The notes under the pieces: model-generated | Database searches by the model: none | What the model was told of the DNA's origin: nothing | Seen by the model: only the letters and a program-made list of their open reading frames with translations | NCBI GenBank assembly: GCA_934725355.1 | Contig: CAKVAO010000002.1 | Coordinates: 73,714-137,713, forward strand | DNA: 64,000 nt | Direction: 5' to 3' | DNA from: an uncultured Candidatus Saccharibacteria bacterium | Lineage (GTDB): Bacteria > Patescibacteriota > Saccharimonadia > Saccharimonadales > Saccharimonadaceae | Program-made: the position numbers and the translations under genes | Part shown: positions 27,998 to 36,640 of the stretch, in pieces | Position numbering within the stretch: position 1 is the first letter of the stretch | Layout of the letters: each line of letters begins with the position of its first letter

Positions 27998-28521
27998 TAC
28001 AAAATTGCCTCGACCGCGGCCCAATCGGCGTTGCGGTTGTCTTCTGGGACGATTACTGAAACTTGGTCGCCTACATGTCCACGGAAGAATGTAACGGATG
28101 CTAATAGGACGCGATATTCTTTATCGCCAGCTTCTACATAGTAAGCGCCATCATGCTGTGTTAATGTGCCAACTAATTGCTTTCGTGCGACTGGGCCAAT
28201 TTGCTTGTAAATAAATGAACCGTCGTCGGCAATAGTTAGTTTTAGAATGTCGCCTTCTACTAGTTTGGACTTACTAGCATAGTTGGCTGGTACGGGATAT
28301 GACTTGCCAGCATTGTCGTGCATGGACTGTCCATCAAAAACGCCTTCAATGACTTTACCGGTAGCATCGCCAGCGGTGCGGTGTGGCATATCGTCATCGC
28401 CAACAATTGAATACAATAATTCTTTGGCGGCTGCTAGATTCTTCTCTGCTTCGTTTAACAAATTACGTAGTCGCTTTACCTGCTTCTCTGGTAATGCGGA
28501 CTCTTCGAAATTCTCGCTCAT
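27997..28521 (-). CDS. hypothetical protein (174 aa)
   Basis: ORF with an AAGAAAGAGAGA SD-like stretch. Translationally coupled to the DsbA-like gene. No motif recognised. Confidence 0.6.
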   Translation of the reverse strand: MSENFEESALPEKQVKRLRNLLNEAEKNLAAAKELLYSIVGDDDMPHRTAGDATGKVIEGVFDGQSMHDNAGKSYPVPANYASKSKLVEGDILKLTIADDGSFIYKQIGPVARKQLVGTLTQHDGAYYVEAGDKEYRVLLASVTFFRGHVGDQVSVIVPEDNRNADWAAVEAIL

Positions 28522-28651
28522 CTCTATAGTCTCTCTTTCTTTATCTTAAGATCTCATGCGAAATTATACCGCAGAGACCATGTGTAGTCAATAGTTAGAA
28601 GGCTTTGTGTGGGGCTACATATTCAGTATTTAGCCAGAGTAGCATGAATAC

Positions 28652-28679
28652 TTGATTATCGCGCAAATAATTTTATAAT
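28652..28679 (+). promoter_or_regulatory. putative sigma-70-type promoter (TTGATT-16-TATAAT)
   Basis: TTGATT at 28652-28657 and TATAAT at 28674-28679. The AGGAGGA SD precedes ATG 28730. Confidence 0.45.
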
Positions 28680-28729
28680 ATTAGCTATTAACCGTTTGGT
28701 TATGTTCTTTCCAATTAGGAGGATTTATT

Positions 28730-29305
28730 ATGAGTATCTGGGATCTTTTTCATTCTAAGCGTTCTAAGTCTACAAGCAATAAGTCTGAAGCGGATCTTAC
28801 TGAAGAAGACAACAAAACGGATCTAACTATTGCCCATCCTATAGAAACAGATGGTGATCGTGCCAATCAGGCAAGGTTGAACGGTGGTTATAGTGATGAC
28901 ACTTTTGAAAACGACATCACTCATCCTATTACACCCGAGGACGGCCGTAATCTCGATATTGAAACGTCTAATAAAGTAATTGATAGCCCGGATATTTCGC
29001 GTCCAATTGTTGGCGACGAAGATCCTGTGGAGTTTGCTATCTTCACTAGTATTACCGACCCGTATGGTGTTGTTTCTGACTCTGACGATGATGACAGCGA
29101 CAGTTCTGACTCTGATTCCGATAATGACGATCAGGGTTATGGCTCTGACTCTGATTCTGACGATGATGACGACTCTGATTCTAATAATAATGATGACGAC
29201 GACAACAACGGCGACGACAACAACGGCGACGACAACTCTGACTCTGACGACGATGACAATTACAACTCTGATTCTGACGACGATGACGATTTCTACGACG
29301 ACTAG
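28730..29305 (+). CDS. poly-Asp/Ser/Asn low-complexity acidic protein
   Basis: 191-aa ORF with a strong AGGAGGA SD and a terminator downstream. About 40 of the last 78 residues are Asp, with no Lys or Arg. Confidence 0.7.
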   Translation: MSIWDLFHSKRSKSTSNKSEADLTEEDNKTDLTIAHPIETDGDRANQARLNGGYSDDTFENDITHPITPEDGRNLDIETSNKVIDSPDISRPIVGDEDPVEFAIFTSITDPYGVVSDSDDDDSDSSDSDSDNDDQGYGSDSDSDDDDDSDSNNNDDDDNNGDDNNGDDNSDSDDDDNYNSDSDDDDDFYDD

Positions 29306-29390
29306 AAAGTTATGGTAATAACAATGCTAGAAATAGTAATAACAATAATATAATCGTAACGATTGCGTAGTTAAGTCTACCTCCTACCTT

Positions 29391-29424
29391 AAGCCCCTGT
29401 CTTGCGGCAGGGGCTGTCTTTTTA
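29391..29424 (+). terminator. rho-independent terminator of the acidic-protein gene
   Basis: AAGCCCCTG-tcttgcgg-CAGGGGCT followed by gtcttttta. Confidence 0.75.
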
Positions 29425-29463
29425 TCCTATGTTTACGTGTATCGTGAGGTATTGCTAAACTTT

Positions 29464-29491
29464 AAGCCCCCTGCCATATGACAGGGGGCTT
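29464..29491 (-). terminator. hairpin terminator downstream of rplL
   Basis: AAGCCCCCTG-(8 nt)-CAGGGGGCTT. The U tract on the minus strand is weak. Confidence 0.55.
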
Positions 29492-29532
29492 GTTCTATAA
29501 CAATTTGTTCGCAACCAGTTCAATGAAGTGAA

Positions 29533-29907
29533 CTAAGCTAGTTCAACCTTGGCGCCAGCCTCTTCTAGAGCCTTCTTGGCAGCCTCAGCTTCGTCCTTAG
29601 AAACCTTTTCTTTGACAACTACAGGGGCTTCTTCAACCATCTTCTTGGCGTCGCCTAGACCTTGGCCAGTCAATTCCTTAACAGCCTTGATCACAGCAAC
29701 TTTCTGTGAACCAGCCTCGACTAGTTTGACATCAAACTCAGTCTTTTCCTCAGCGGCAGCAGCGCCATCAGCAGGACCAGCAGCAACTGCAACAGCGGCA
29801 GCAGCTGGCTCAATGCCGTATTCGTCCTTTAGGACGTTCTTTAGTTCGTTGACTTCTAGAACAGTCAACTGAGTTAGCTCTTCAGCTAATTTCTTTACAT
29901 CAGCCAT
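29533..29907 (-). CDS. rplL: 50S ribosomal protein L7/L12
   Basis: 124 aa with an Ala-rich hinge. The C-terminal domain reads [24 protein letters not shown]. Confidence 0.95.
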   Translation of the reverse strand: MADVKKLAEELTQLTVLEVNELKNVLKDEYGIEPAAAAVAVAAGPADGAAAAEEKTEFDVKLVEAGSQKVAVIKAVKELTGQGLGDAKKMVEEAPVVVKEKVSKDEAEAAKKALEEAGAKVELA

Positions 29908-29946
29908 GATATTCTCCTTTATTAATTAGTGGTTGCAAATATTAAA

Positions 29947-30471
29947 TTACGCATTCGCGTGATCGGCAATGCCATCCAATAGTGCGTGCAAATTGCCAGA
30001 TAGTGCGTTGGTAACGTCGTTGACCGGCGATAGCAACTGTGCAACAGTCTGTGCGATTAGCTCGTTCTTGGTTGGTAGCTTTGATAGGGCTGTCACAGCG
30101 GCAGCGTCCATTGATTGACCGTTGTTGTCGAAAGCACCGGCTAGCTGCATTTCTTCGTGATTTTTGGCAAAGTTTGCTAGCACTTTCGCTGGCATAACCT
30201 CATCCTCAGCACTAATGGCGTACAGCACCTGCCCCTTCATATTGGCGGTGTCAATGTCTTTGAATGCGTCATGTTGCTGCATTGCAACGCGCATTAGGCG
30301 ATTTTTCACCACCTTGATTTGCACATTGTTCTCACGAGCGGCACGACGTAGATCCTGTAGATCCTTGACTGAAATACCTGCGTATTCTGCGTAGGCGACA
30401 GTCTTGGCGTTGTCTAGGATTTCGTTTAATTCTGCAACCAAAGTTTCCTTTTTACTACGTGATATAGCCAT
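29947..30471 (-). CDS. rplJ: 50S ribosomal protein L10
   Basis: 174 aa. Position upstream of rplL and a typical L10 N-terminus (KKETLVAELNEILDNAK...). SD is AAAGGAG. Confidence 0.92.
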   Translation of the reverse strand: MAISRSKKETLVAELNEILDNAKTVAYAEYAGISVKDLQDLRRAARENNVQIKVVKNRLMRVAMQQHDAFKDIDTANMKGQVLYAISAEDEVMPAKVLANFAKNHEEMQLAGAFDNNGQSMDAAAVTALSKLPTKNELIAQTVAQLLSPVNDVTNALSGNLHALLDGIADHANA

Positions 30472-30635
30472 AATACTCCTTTGGTTTTAGATAGTTGATT
30501 TGTTGCGACTCAAATTGTTAATGTGTCGTCATCTAGAGTAGTTTTTATCTCGGTAGCATGATTAAGTCGATTGCCCAATCTGACCGCCACTGTCTCTGAT
30601 AACGTTATAGATAGATTAGCACATTAATTCATTTT

Positions 30636-32381
30636 TTACAAGTTCACTGCGGCGGCGCCTAAGGTATTGCGCAATGACTTATTTGGGTCCTCGATGGCTT
30701 CGAGGCGCATGATAGCTTCGTGCTCGCTGTCGCCAATTTGATGCTGACCATTTGGTGGCCGTTTAGAGCCGACTAAGTCAGGCTGGCTGATACGGCGTCG
30801 TCGTGCATGAATTTCAGGCAAGATTTTAACTAGCTCCATGACATCACTCTCGTCTGCCCCTGCGCCACGCGCCTTGTATATTACGTGCGCTTTTAGTCCG
30901 CAACGCATTTGATAGCGTTGCTCGGCAGTGACGACTTGAACTTCAGTAGGCACGCCACCGTAGGTGAAAGTTATTTTAGCTAATGTTAAGCCGTCTTCGT
31001 CCTTGGCGGGTTTGGCGTCAATCATGAAGGGCAAATTACCCTCGCTAAACTTATCTAAGTCAGAATGACTGCCTGACAAATCAGCCATTACACGGTCAAT
31101 GTAATCGGGCATGCCTGCAATATGAACAGGCGAAATTTTTGAATTAGCAATGCGTGGCATCGTTGCAGGCGAGTGGTATACACCATTGACTAGCTCTGTA
31201 AATACTCGGCGCTGCTCGGGTTCGTCTTTGCAGATTAGAGTGATACCCATGATATCCATTGGATCGTGTTCGATTTTATCTTTAAGATCTGGCGCGAAGT
31301 CGTCATTAGGCTGAATGTCTTTCGATGGTGACGACTTACGCTCTTCTTGGTACAGTTTCCAGGCTAAAGATCCACGTGACTTTAGGCGGAAACGGCCAAC
31401 CGTACCATCGTCTTCGTCGGAAATATCGACGTTCGGGTCATTAGTGGTTATTGTGCCAAAGACTGCTTCGCTCGGTCCGCTAACCTCTACTGCGGATTCT
31501 GCATTGAATGCCATTGGCAAGCCAAATATATTGTCTAGGCTTTCGCGTACGAGGCGTTTTGCGCTAGAACGCCGACTGCCTGTGCAATCGAACTGATCAA
31601 CGCAATGCAACATAATTTCAGCACTATCAACCAAGTCTTGATGTCCCATATTAGCCAGGCGGATTTCCTTGGTGCGTGAACTTAGTGCCATTGCCAGGCT
31701 ATCGAACCCAATCATTTCTGACATAGGCTCTAGAATTTGCTCTACAAAGGTAATGTCCTGCAATGTAGCTAAGTTATTGCTAGGTCGAGCGTTGAGGCGC
31801 TGTAAAGCCTCGGCTGCGGCAATTAGCAAAGATTCGATATTGATATTTTCAACTGCGGTCCGCAATGTTTCGGCTCGTGCCATAGGGGCAATTTCCTCCC
31901 AAAGTGCCGTATCTATGTTGCCTTGCTGATTATTTGGCAGATTAAGACCTAGTGTGGCTAGGCTGGTTTCACGCAGTTTGCTGATCCTGGTGCGATCGCC
32001 TAATAAACCCGCAATGTATACCTTCTTCTGACGGTCAGTTGCTGGGTCACTGCTGAACTTATTGTCGCGTAGATAATTGCTGAGAATGTGCTGTACTTTA
32101 CGATCTGTGATACCACCGTCGCCAGCGTGTGCATGATCATAAATAACACCCAGTGCGGCTGCAGTATAGGCTTCGTCATTTATTTCATTTCGCGCGAACT
32201 CACGCACGATTTTGTGTTGCTCGTTTAGCGCACTAAGCTCAGTTGCCTTGTCGATCTGATCATCAGTGCTACGACTTTGATTAACAACATCAATAAACTG
32301 CTCTAGCGGCACACGTGTACTTTTAGGTAAGTCGGGATAAGGATAGCGTTCGCCCCTCATCTGATATGATTCGTATGACAT
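30636..32381 (-). CDS. divergent RelA/SpoT-homologue (RSH)-like protein, HD-like + nucleotidyltransferase-like regions, no TGS/ACT
   Basis: Synthetase-like landmarks are GRFRLKSRGSLAWKL (RxKxxxS), DIMGITLIC, EVQVVTAEQ (compare EIQIRT) and AHVIYK. The N-terminal region aligns by eye to an HD hydrolase domain, but the His-Asp dyad is not obvious. Confidence 0.5.
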   Translation of the reverse strand: MSYESYQMRGERYPYPDLPKSTRVPLEQFIDVVNQSRSTDDQIDKATELSALNEQHKIVREFARNEINDEAYTAAALGVIYDHAHAGDGGITDRKVQHILSNYLRDNKFSSDPATDRQKKVYIAGLLGDRTRISKLRETSLATLGLNLPNNQQGNIDTALWEEIAPMARAETLRTAVENINIESLLIAAAEALQRLNARPSNNLATLQDITFVEQILEPMSEMIGFDSLAMALSSRTKEIRLANMGHQDLVDSAEIMLHCVDQFDCTGSRRSSAKRLVRESLDNIFGLPMAFNAESAVEVSGPSEAVFGTITTNDPNVDISDEDDGTVGRFRLKSRGSLAWKLYQEERKSSPSKDIQPNDDFAPDLKDKIEHDPMDIMGITLICKDEPEQRRVFTELVNGVYHSPATMPRIANSKISPVHIAGMPDYIDRVMADLSGSHSDLDKFSEGNLPFMIDAKPAKDEDGLTLAKITFTYGGVPTEVQVVTAEQRYQMRCGLKAHVIYKARGAGADESDVMELVKILPEIHARRRRISQPDLVGSKRPPNGQHQIGDSEHEAIMRLEAIEDPNKSLRNTLGAAAVNL

Positions 32382-32437
32382 ATTACTAATTAAATTATAC
32401 CATATGTCAAACTTTTGCGCCCTAAGTAGAAGTTAGG

Positions 32438-33529
32438 CTATTTGCGGATAATTCTAATAATTTGCGTGCCAGCATCTAGCTCGCAGTATGCGCCAATTGG
32501 TATGGTAACTGTATCGGCATTATGTCCAATGGCCAAACCCGACAAAACTGGTACGTTTGGTGTATATTGCAATATACGCTCCTCGATAATTTGGCGCGCG
32601 TCGAGCGACGCAAAGTCACCACGCTCACCTGCTCCTTCGTTGAGACAGTCGACAAAATCGCCAATTATCACACCCTTTACGCCGTCGAACACACCAGCTT
32701 GATACATATGAGCTAGCGCCATGTCTAACATGGGGATTGTTACGTCTACGTCCTCGATAAAGAGGATTTTGTCGTGTAAGTCTAATTGATATGGTGTGCC
32801 TGTTAGCCAGCTGAGCTCTTGTAAATTGCCGCCAACAATATCGCCCGCCGCTTTACCAGAACGCAGTGTGTGCATTGCATGACCGCTAGGGTTATGTAGC
32901 TCTACATCATGCCAGTCAGTAAATAAGAATTTATGCCAATAGCTGTATGTGTATTGGTTGTATTTGCCATCCTTTATCATACTTGATTCGACAAAATTTG
33001 GCGTGACCATTGGTGCGTGGTATGTTACTAGTCCAGTGCGCTGATAAATAACATTTAAGATTGGCGTTACGTCACTAAAGCCACTGATTACAGGTGCTTG
33101 GCTGGCTAGTTTCTGCAAGTTATCGTTTGTGCAGAGATATGGTAGCGTTTGCACGGCGCCGTAGCCACCAGGCAGACAAAAGATTGCATCGGTATCGGCT
33201 GTGAGAATTTCATTTGCGCGATCTGCCGGTGTGCCAGCCGTGTAGCCGTTGTTGCTATATGCGGACTGGTCGGATAGCTTGGCTTTGCCGCTTAGAATGT
33301 TGTCATACAGTAAAGACTCCTTGGCCAAATTGCTGCCGATCGACGTGGCTAAACCTAGGTTTGATAAAAATTGCTGCGAAGCTTTGACGCGCTTTTCGAT
33401 CAGTGGCGATGAAGGGTCAACAATACACGCAGTATCGCCTGCACTGAGTGGTTTAGAGTAAACTTTGGTAGACAATTTCTTTCCCTTATTATGCACGTTA
33501 TTCTGGTAAACGTGCAAAAATATGATCAA
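32438..33529 (-). CDS. LD-carboxypeptidase (peptidase S66, LdcA-like)
   Basis: The Ser nucleophile is in the GFSDVT motif and the His in GHNADTVTIPIG. The 5' end is uncertain: the track ORF overlaps the upstream gene by 32 nt, and an internal TTG (KKLSTK) start is possible. Confidence 0.8.
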   Translation of the reverse strand: MIIFLHVYQNNVHNKGKKLSTKVYSKPLSAGDTACIVDPSSPLIEKRVKASQQFLSNLGLATSIGSNLAKESLLYDNILSGKAKLSDQSAYSNNGYTAGTPADRANEILTADTDAIFCLPGGYGAVQTLPYLCTNDNLQKLASQAPVISGFSDVTPILNVIYQRTGLVTYHAPMVTPNFVESSMIKDGKYNQYTYSYWHKFLFTDWHDVELHNPSGHAMHTLRSGKAAGDIVGGNLQELSWLTGTPYQLDLHDKILFIEDVDVTIPMLDMALAHMYQAGVFDGVKGVIIGDFVDCLNEGAGERGDFASLDARQIIEERILQYTPNVPVLSGLAIGHNADTVTIPIGAYCELDAGTQIIRIIRK

Positions 33530-34436
33530 AATCTAACCAGCGTACATCGCGATGTGACCACTTATCATTCAAATTAGAATAACGAACAGTCGGCACGCAG
33601 GCATGGATCATTGTATCGTTGCCTAGATAGATTCCAGTATGTGACATGCGATTAGTATTCCATGTGCCTCTGAAAAATATTAAATCACCAGCTCGTGCGG
33701 CGTCGTCTTTGATTGGTTCGCAGTAGTCGAATATACCCTGAACGGTTTCGTGCCCGATCTGCCACCCTGCTTGGTTCATGCAATATCCGATAAAGCCAGA
33801 ACAGTCAAAGGAGGTTTCGGGGCGATGTCCACTCCAAACGTAGGGAAAATCAATAAACTGCTGTGCGGTGCGGATTAGCTTGGCGTGGCGTGGGCGATCT
33901 TTAACTAGATCGTAATTAAAATCATAACTAGGCGATTTAGTTAGTTCAGAAGCATAAGGATACTTGCTAACTGGGAATAGGTCTGGTCGACAGCCGTGGC
34001 TACGTAGATAAGCAGCATAGGCGCACATTTCTTGGTCTGTAAGGAAGCTATCCATGACAGAGTTTAAGTCGTAATTAGTTAACTTTACGTCTAATACGTT
34101 GCCGTCTCGTGGCGTAGTTGTGAATGTATATTGGCGACGTGGCTCTCTAAGTGTTGCCATCAGTTCACGGATTTCGGGGTCGCTAACATGGAAGTCGGGT
34201 TTGCGCGCGCTTAGTATGGCGATTAGAACGTAGGGATCGTGCCAAATGCGTTGAACATCGTAATGGTACTCGCTATAACCGGGTTTAGTGTATTCAATAT
34301 TAGAGATTTTGTCGTGTAACTCATCCTCAAAGGCTGCGTACTCCGCCTCGGCCTCTAACATCTCTTTGTCGTCGGCGACAAATTTGGCGTTAGGAATAAG
34401 GGCGGTTAAATGTCTATCTTCTACTTCATTCATCAA
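33498..34436 (-). CDS. NlpC/P60 (C40) peptidoglycan hydrolase with unknown N-terminal domain
   Basis: The catalytic Cys is in FDCSGFIGYC. Also GDLIFF and SHTGIYLGNDTMIHA. Confidence 0.85.
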   Translation of the reverse strand: MMNEVEDRHLTALIPNAKFVADDKEMLEAEAEYAAFEDELHDKISNIEYTKPGYSEYHYDVQRIWHDPYVLIAILSARKPDFHVSDPEIRELMATLREPRRQYTFTTTPRDGNVLDVKLTNYDLNSVMDSFLTDQEMCAYAAYLRSHGCRPDLFPVSKYPYASELTKSPSYDFNYDLVKDRPRHAKLIRTAQQFIDFPYVWSGHRPETSFDCSGFIGYCMNQAGWQIGHETVQGIFDYCEPIKDDAARAGDLIFFRGTWNTNRMSHTGIYLGNDTMIHACVPTVRYSNLNDKWSHRDVRWLDFDHIFARLPE

Positions 34437-34521
34437 ACACTATTTTATCATAAATAACCCGTAGAATAAGCTAAAATTCCCGCCTTGCGAGCGGGAATTT
34501 ATAGCTATACTGAACCTAGTT

Positions 34522-35544
34522 CTAGAAACTTAGGTTAACCTTGATGCCAGGACCCATGGTGGTTGTAACATTGGCTGACAGTAGGTAATTGCCCTTTAGT
34601 GAGCTTGGACGGGCTGCTTTGACACTAGCAATTAGCACGTTGGCGTTCTCTAACAGTTTGTCAGCGCCGAACGATACCTTACCGATGCCCATGTGGATAT
34701 TACCCTGCTTGTCGACGCGGTACTCAACCTTACCTGCCTTAGCCTGCTTTACGGCTTCGACTGGGTTTGCGCTAACAGTGCCTGCCTTAGGATTTGGCAT
34801 TAGACCACGTGGACCTAGTAGGCGTGCGAAGCGACCTAGCTTAGGCATAAACTGTGGGGTTGCAACTAGGACGTCGAAGTTTAGATTCTCTTTCTCTAGT
34901 AACTCCTTGATTTCAGATTCACCTGCATAGGTTGCACCAGCAGCCTTGGCGGCCTCGACGTCACTGTCGCTAACTAGGGCAGCAACTTTAACATCTTTAC
35001 CAGTACCGTTTGGTAGTACTACGGTTGAACGGATGTTCTGATCAGCCTGCTTTGGATCGACGCCTAGACGTAGATGCATTTCGACGGTGCTATCAAATTT
35101 GGTTGTAGCAGTCTTGGTAGCTAGCTCTAAAGCCTCCTTCAAGCCGTATAGCTTACCAGCTTCGATTTGCTTAGCAACATTGCGGTAATTCTTGCCCTTG
35201 CGCTCAGCTAGAGTGCGAGTCTTAGGTGCTGGACCCTTTTCAAGGTTGGCGGTTGCGCCATCCTGTGGTGTAGTGTCACCAGCCTCTTTGCGTGCTCGAC
35301 GCTCTGCCTCGGCTTCTGCAGCCTTGACGTTCTTCTCGCTGCGCTTACCAGCCTTGGCGAAACGCTCCTCGTCCTTGGTTGCCTCCTCGGCTGCTTCGGC
35401 ATCTTCAACGACTTCCTTTGCGTTGACTTCAGTACCAGTCTTAGCCTCGGCAATTGCTGTCTCAATCTCAGCAATAGTATTCTTCTCGGTTAGCTCTAGA
35501 CCTAAGCCCTTTGCCTCCTCTAGTAGATCAGCTTTCTTAGCCAT
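34522..35544 (-). CDS. rplA: 50S ribosomal protein L1 with ~110-aa N-terminal extension
   Basis: The core from about aa 112 reads KGKNYRNVAKQIE...DSTVEMHLRLGVDPKQADQNIR...GKVEYRVDKQGNIHMGIGKVSF. A strong SD (AAAGGAGAA) precedes ATG 35544. Confidence 0.92.
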   Translation of the reverse strand: MAKKADLLEEAKGLGLELTEKNTIAEIETAIAEAKTGTEVNAKEVVEDAEAAEEATKDEERFAKAGKRSEKNVKAAEAEAERRARKEAGDTTPQDGATANLEKGPAPKTRTLAERKGKNYRNVAKQIEAGKLYGLKEALELATKTATTKFDSTVEMHLRLGVDPKQADQNIRSTVVLPNGTGKDVKVAALVSDSDVEAAKAAGATYAGESEIKELLEKENLNFDVLVATPQFMPKLGRFARLLGPRGLMPNPKAGTVSANPVEAVKQAKAGKVEYRVDKQGNIHMGIGKVSFGADKLLENANVLIASVKAARPSSLKGNYLLSANVTTTMGPGIKVNLSF

Positions 35545-35607
35545 AATTCTCCTTTCGTGGTTCTAACGATGTTGCCATCTCCCACAAATTAATTATCAAA
35601 TTAATGT

Positions 35608-36036
35608 TTAGCCTTCGACAACTACGCCCATTGAACGAGCCGTACCAGCGACAATCTTCTTAGCTGCCTCTAGATCATTAGCGTTCAAGAACTTCATTTT
35701 CTTCTCGGCGATTTCAGCAACCTGCGCGTCGGTAATCTTACCAACTTTGTCGGCTTGCGGTTTGCCTGAACCCTTCTTGATGCCAGCAGCTTCGCGAATT
35801 AGATCGTCAACTGGCTGACCTAGACAAGTCCAACAGAACTTGCGACCTTCTAGAACCTGTAGGTGAACAATAACTTCCTTGCCCATCATGTCCTTAGTCT
35901 GTTCGTTGAATGGATTAATGAAATCCATCATATTTAGACCCCACTGGCCAAGTGTTGAACCTACTGGAGGACCAGCGGTTGCACGACCGGCGGGAATGCG
36001 CAACTTAAGGTTGCCCAAAACTTTTTCCTTTGCCAT
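35608..36036 (-). CDS. rplK: 50S ribosomal protein L11
   Basis: 142 aa. PAGRATAGPPVGSTLGQWGLNMMDF. Confidence 0.95.
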   Translation of the reverse strand: MAKEKVLGNLKLRIPAGRATAGPPVGSTLGQWGLNMMDFINPFNEQTKDMMGKEVIVHLQVLEGRKFCWTCLGQPVDDLIREAAGIKKGSGKPQADKVGKITDAQVAEIAEKKMKFLNANDLEAAKKIVAGTARSMGVVVEG

Positions 36037-36088
36037 CTCGATATATCCTTTACTTATAATTATAAGTGCGTAACGTACCTATACTACA

Positions 36089-36640
36089 CTAAATCTTCTT
36101 AACCTGCAAGGCGTCCAGCTCGACCGAGGTGTCACGACCAAACATGCTGACCATAACCTTGATCTTGCCTTTAACTGGGTCAATTTCTGAAACGCTGCCT
36201 TCAAATCCTTTGAATGGGCCATCGGTAATATTGACTACCTCGCCGATTACTAGGTCGATGTCGTGCTTCGGCTCAGTCAAGCCCATGCGCTTCTTGATCT
36301 TCTCAATTTCTTTTTCGCTAACTGGTGTTGGATTGGTGCCCGTACCAACAAACCCTGTGACGTCAGGAGTATTGCGAATCATGAACCAAGTTTCATCGGT
36401 TAGTTTCATTTCAACTAGTACGTAGCTCTGAAAGATCTTCTGGTCGACAACCTTGCGCTTACCGTTCTTGATGACGATCATTTTTTCCTTTGGCACCAGG
36501 ACGTTAAAGACTTTATCGGCCATATCAACACCCTGAATACGTTGTCGGATTTGATCGGCTACTTTCTCTTCGTAACCCGCGTATGTATGAATTGCATACC
36601 ATTGCCGACGACTATCGTAACGCTGCTCTGCTTTTTTCAT
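36089..36640 (-). CDS. nusG: transcription termination/antitermination factor NusG
   Basis: NGN domain is WYAIHTYAGYEEKV and the KOW motif is GEVVNITDGPFKGFEGSV. Confidence 0.93.
   Translation of the reverse strand: MKKAEQRYDSRRQWYAIHTYAGYEEKVADQIRQRIQGVDMADKVFNVLVPKEKMIVIKNGKRKVVDQKIFQSYVLVEMKLTDETWFMIRNTPDVTGFVGTGTNPTPVSEKEIEKIKKRMGLTEPKHDIDLVIGEVVNITDGPFKGFEGSVSEIDPVKGKIKVMVSMFGRDTSVELDALQVKKI

Noticed and set aside
28980-29318. 112-aa Thr/Met/Leu-rich ORF in an alternative frame of the acidic-protein gene
   Set aside because: It is a shadow frame of the GAC/GAT-rich low-complexity DNA. It has no SD, whereas the Asp-rich frame has AGGAGGA and a proper start.
30472-30635. L10 leader (autoregulatory RNA) upstream of rplJ, and an L1-binding leader at 35545-35607
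   Set aside because: The location is right, but I could not fold a convincing 23S-mimic structure by eye. A covariance-model search (Rfam L10_leader, L1 leader) would be needed.
35192-35566. Long antisense ORFs inside rplA (124 aa), rplL (29549-29872) and the 20901-21443 membrane-protein gene (20921-21367)
   Set aside because: These are typical stop-poor shadow frames opposite GC-biased or Ala-rich coding sequence. The sense genes have clear homology, SD sequences and terminators.
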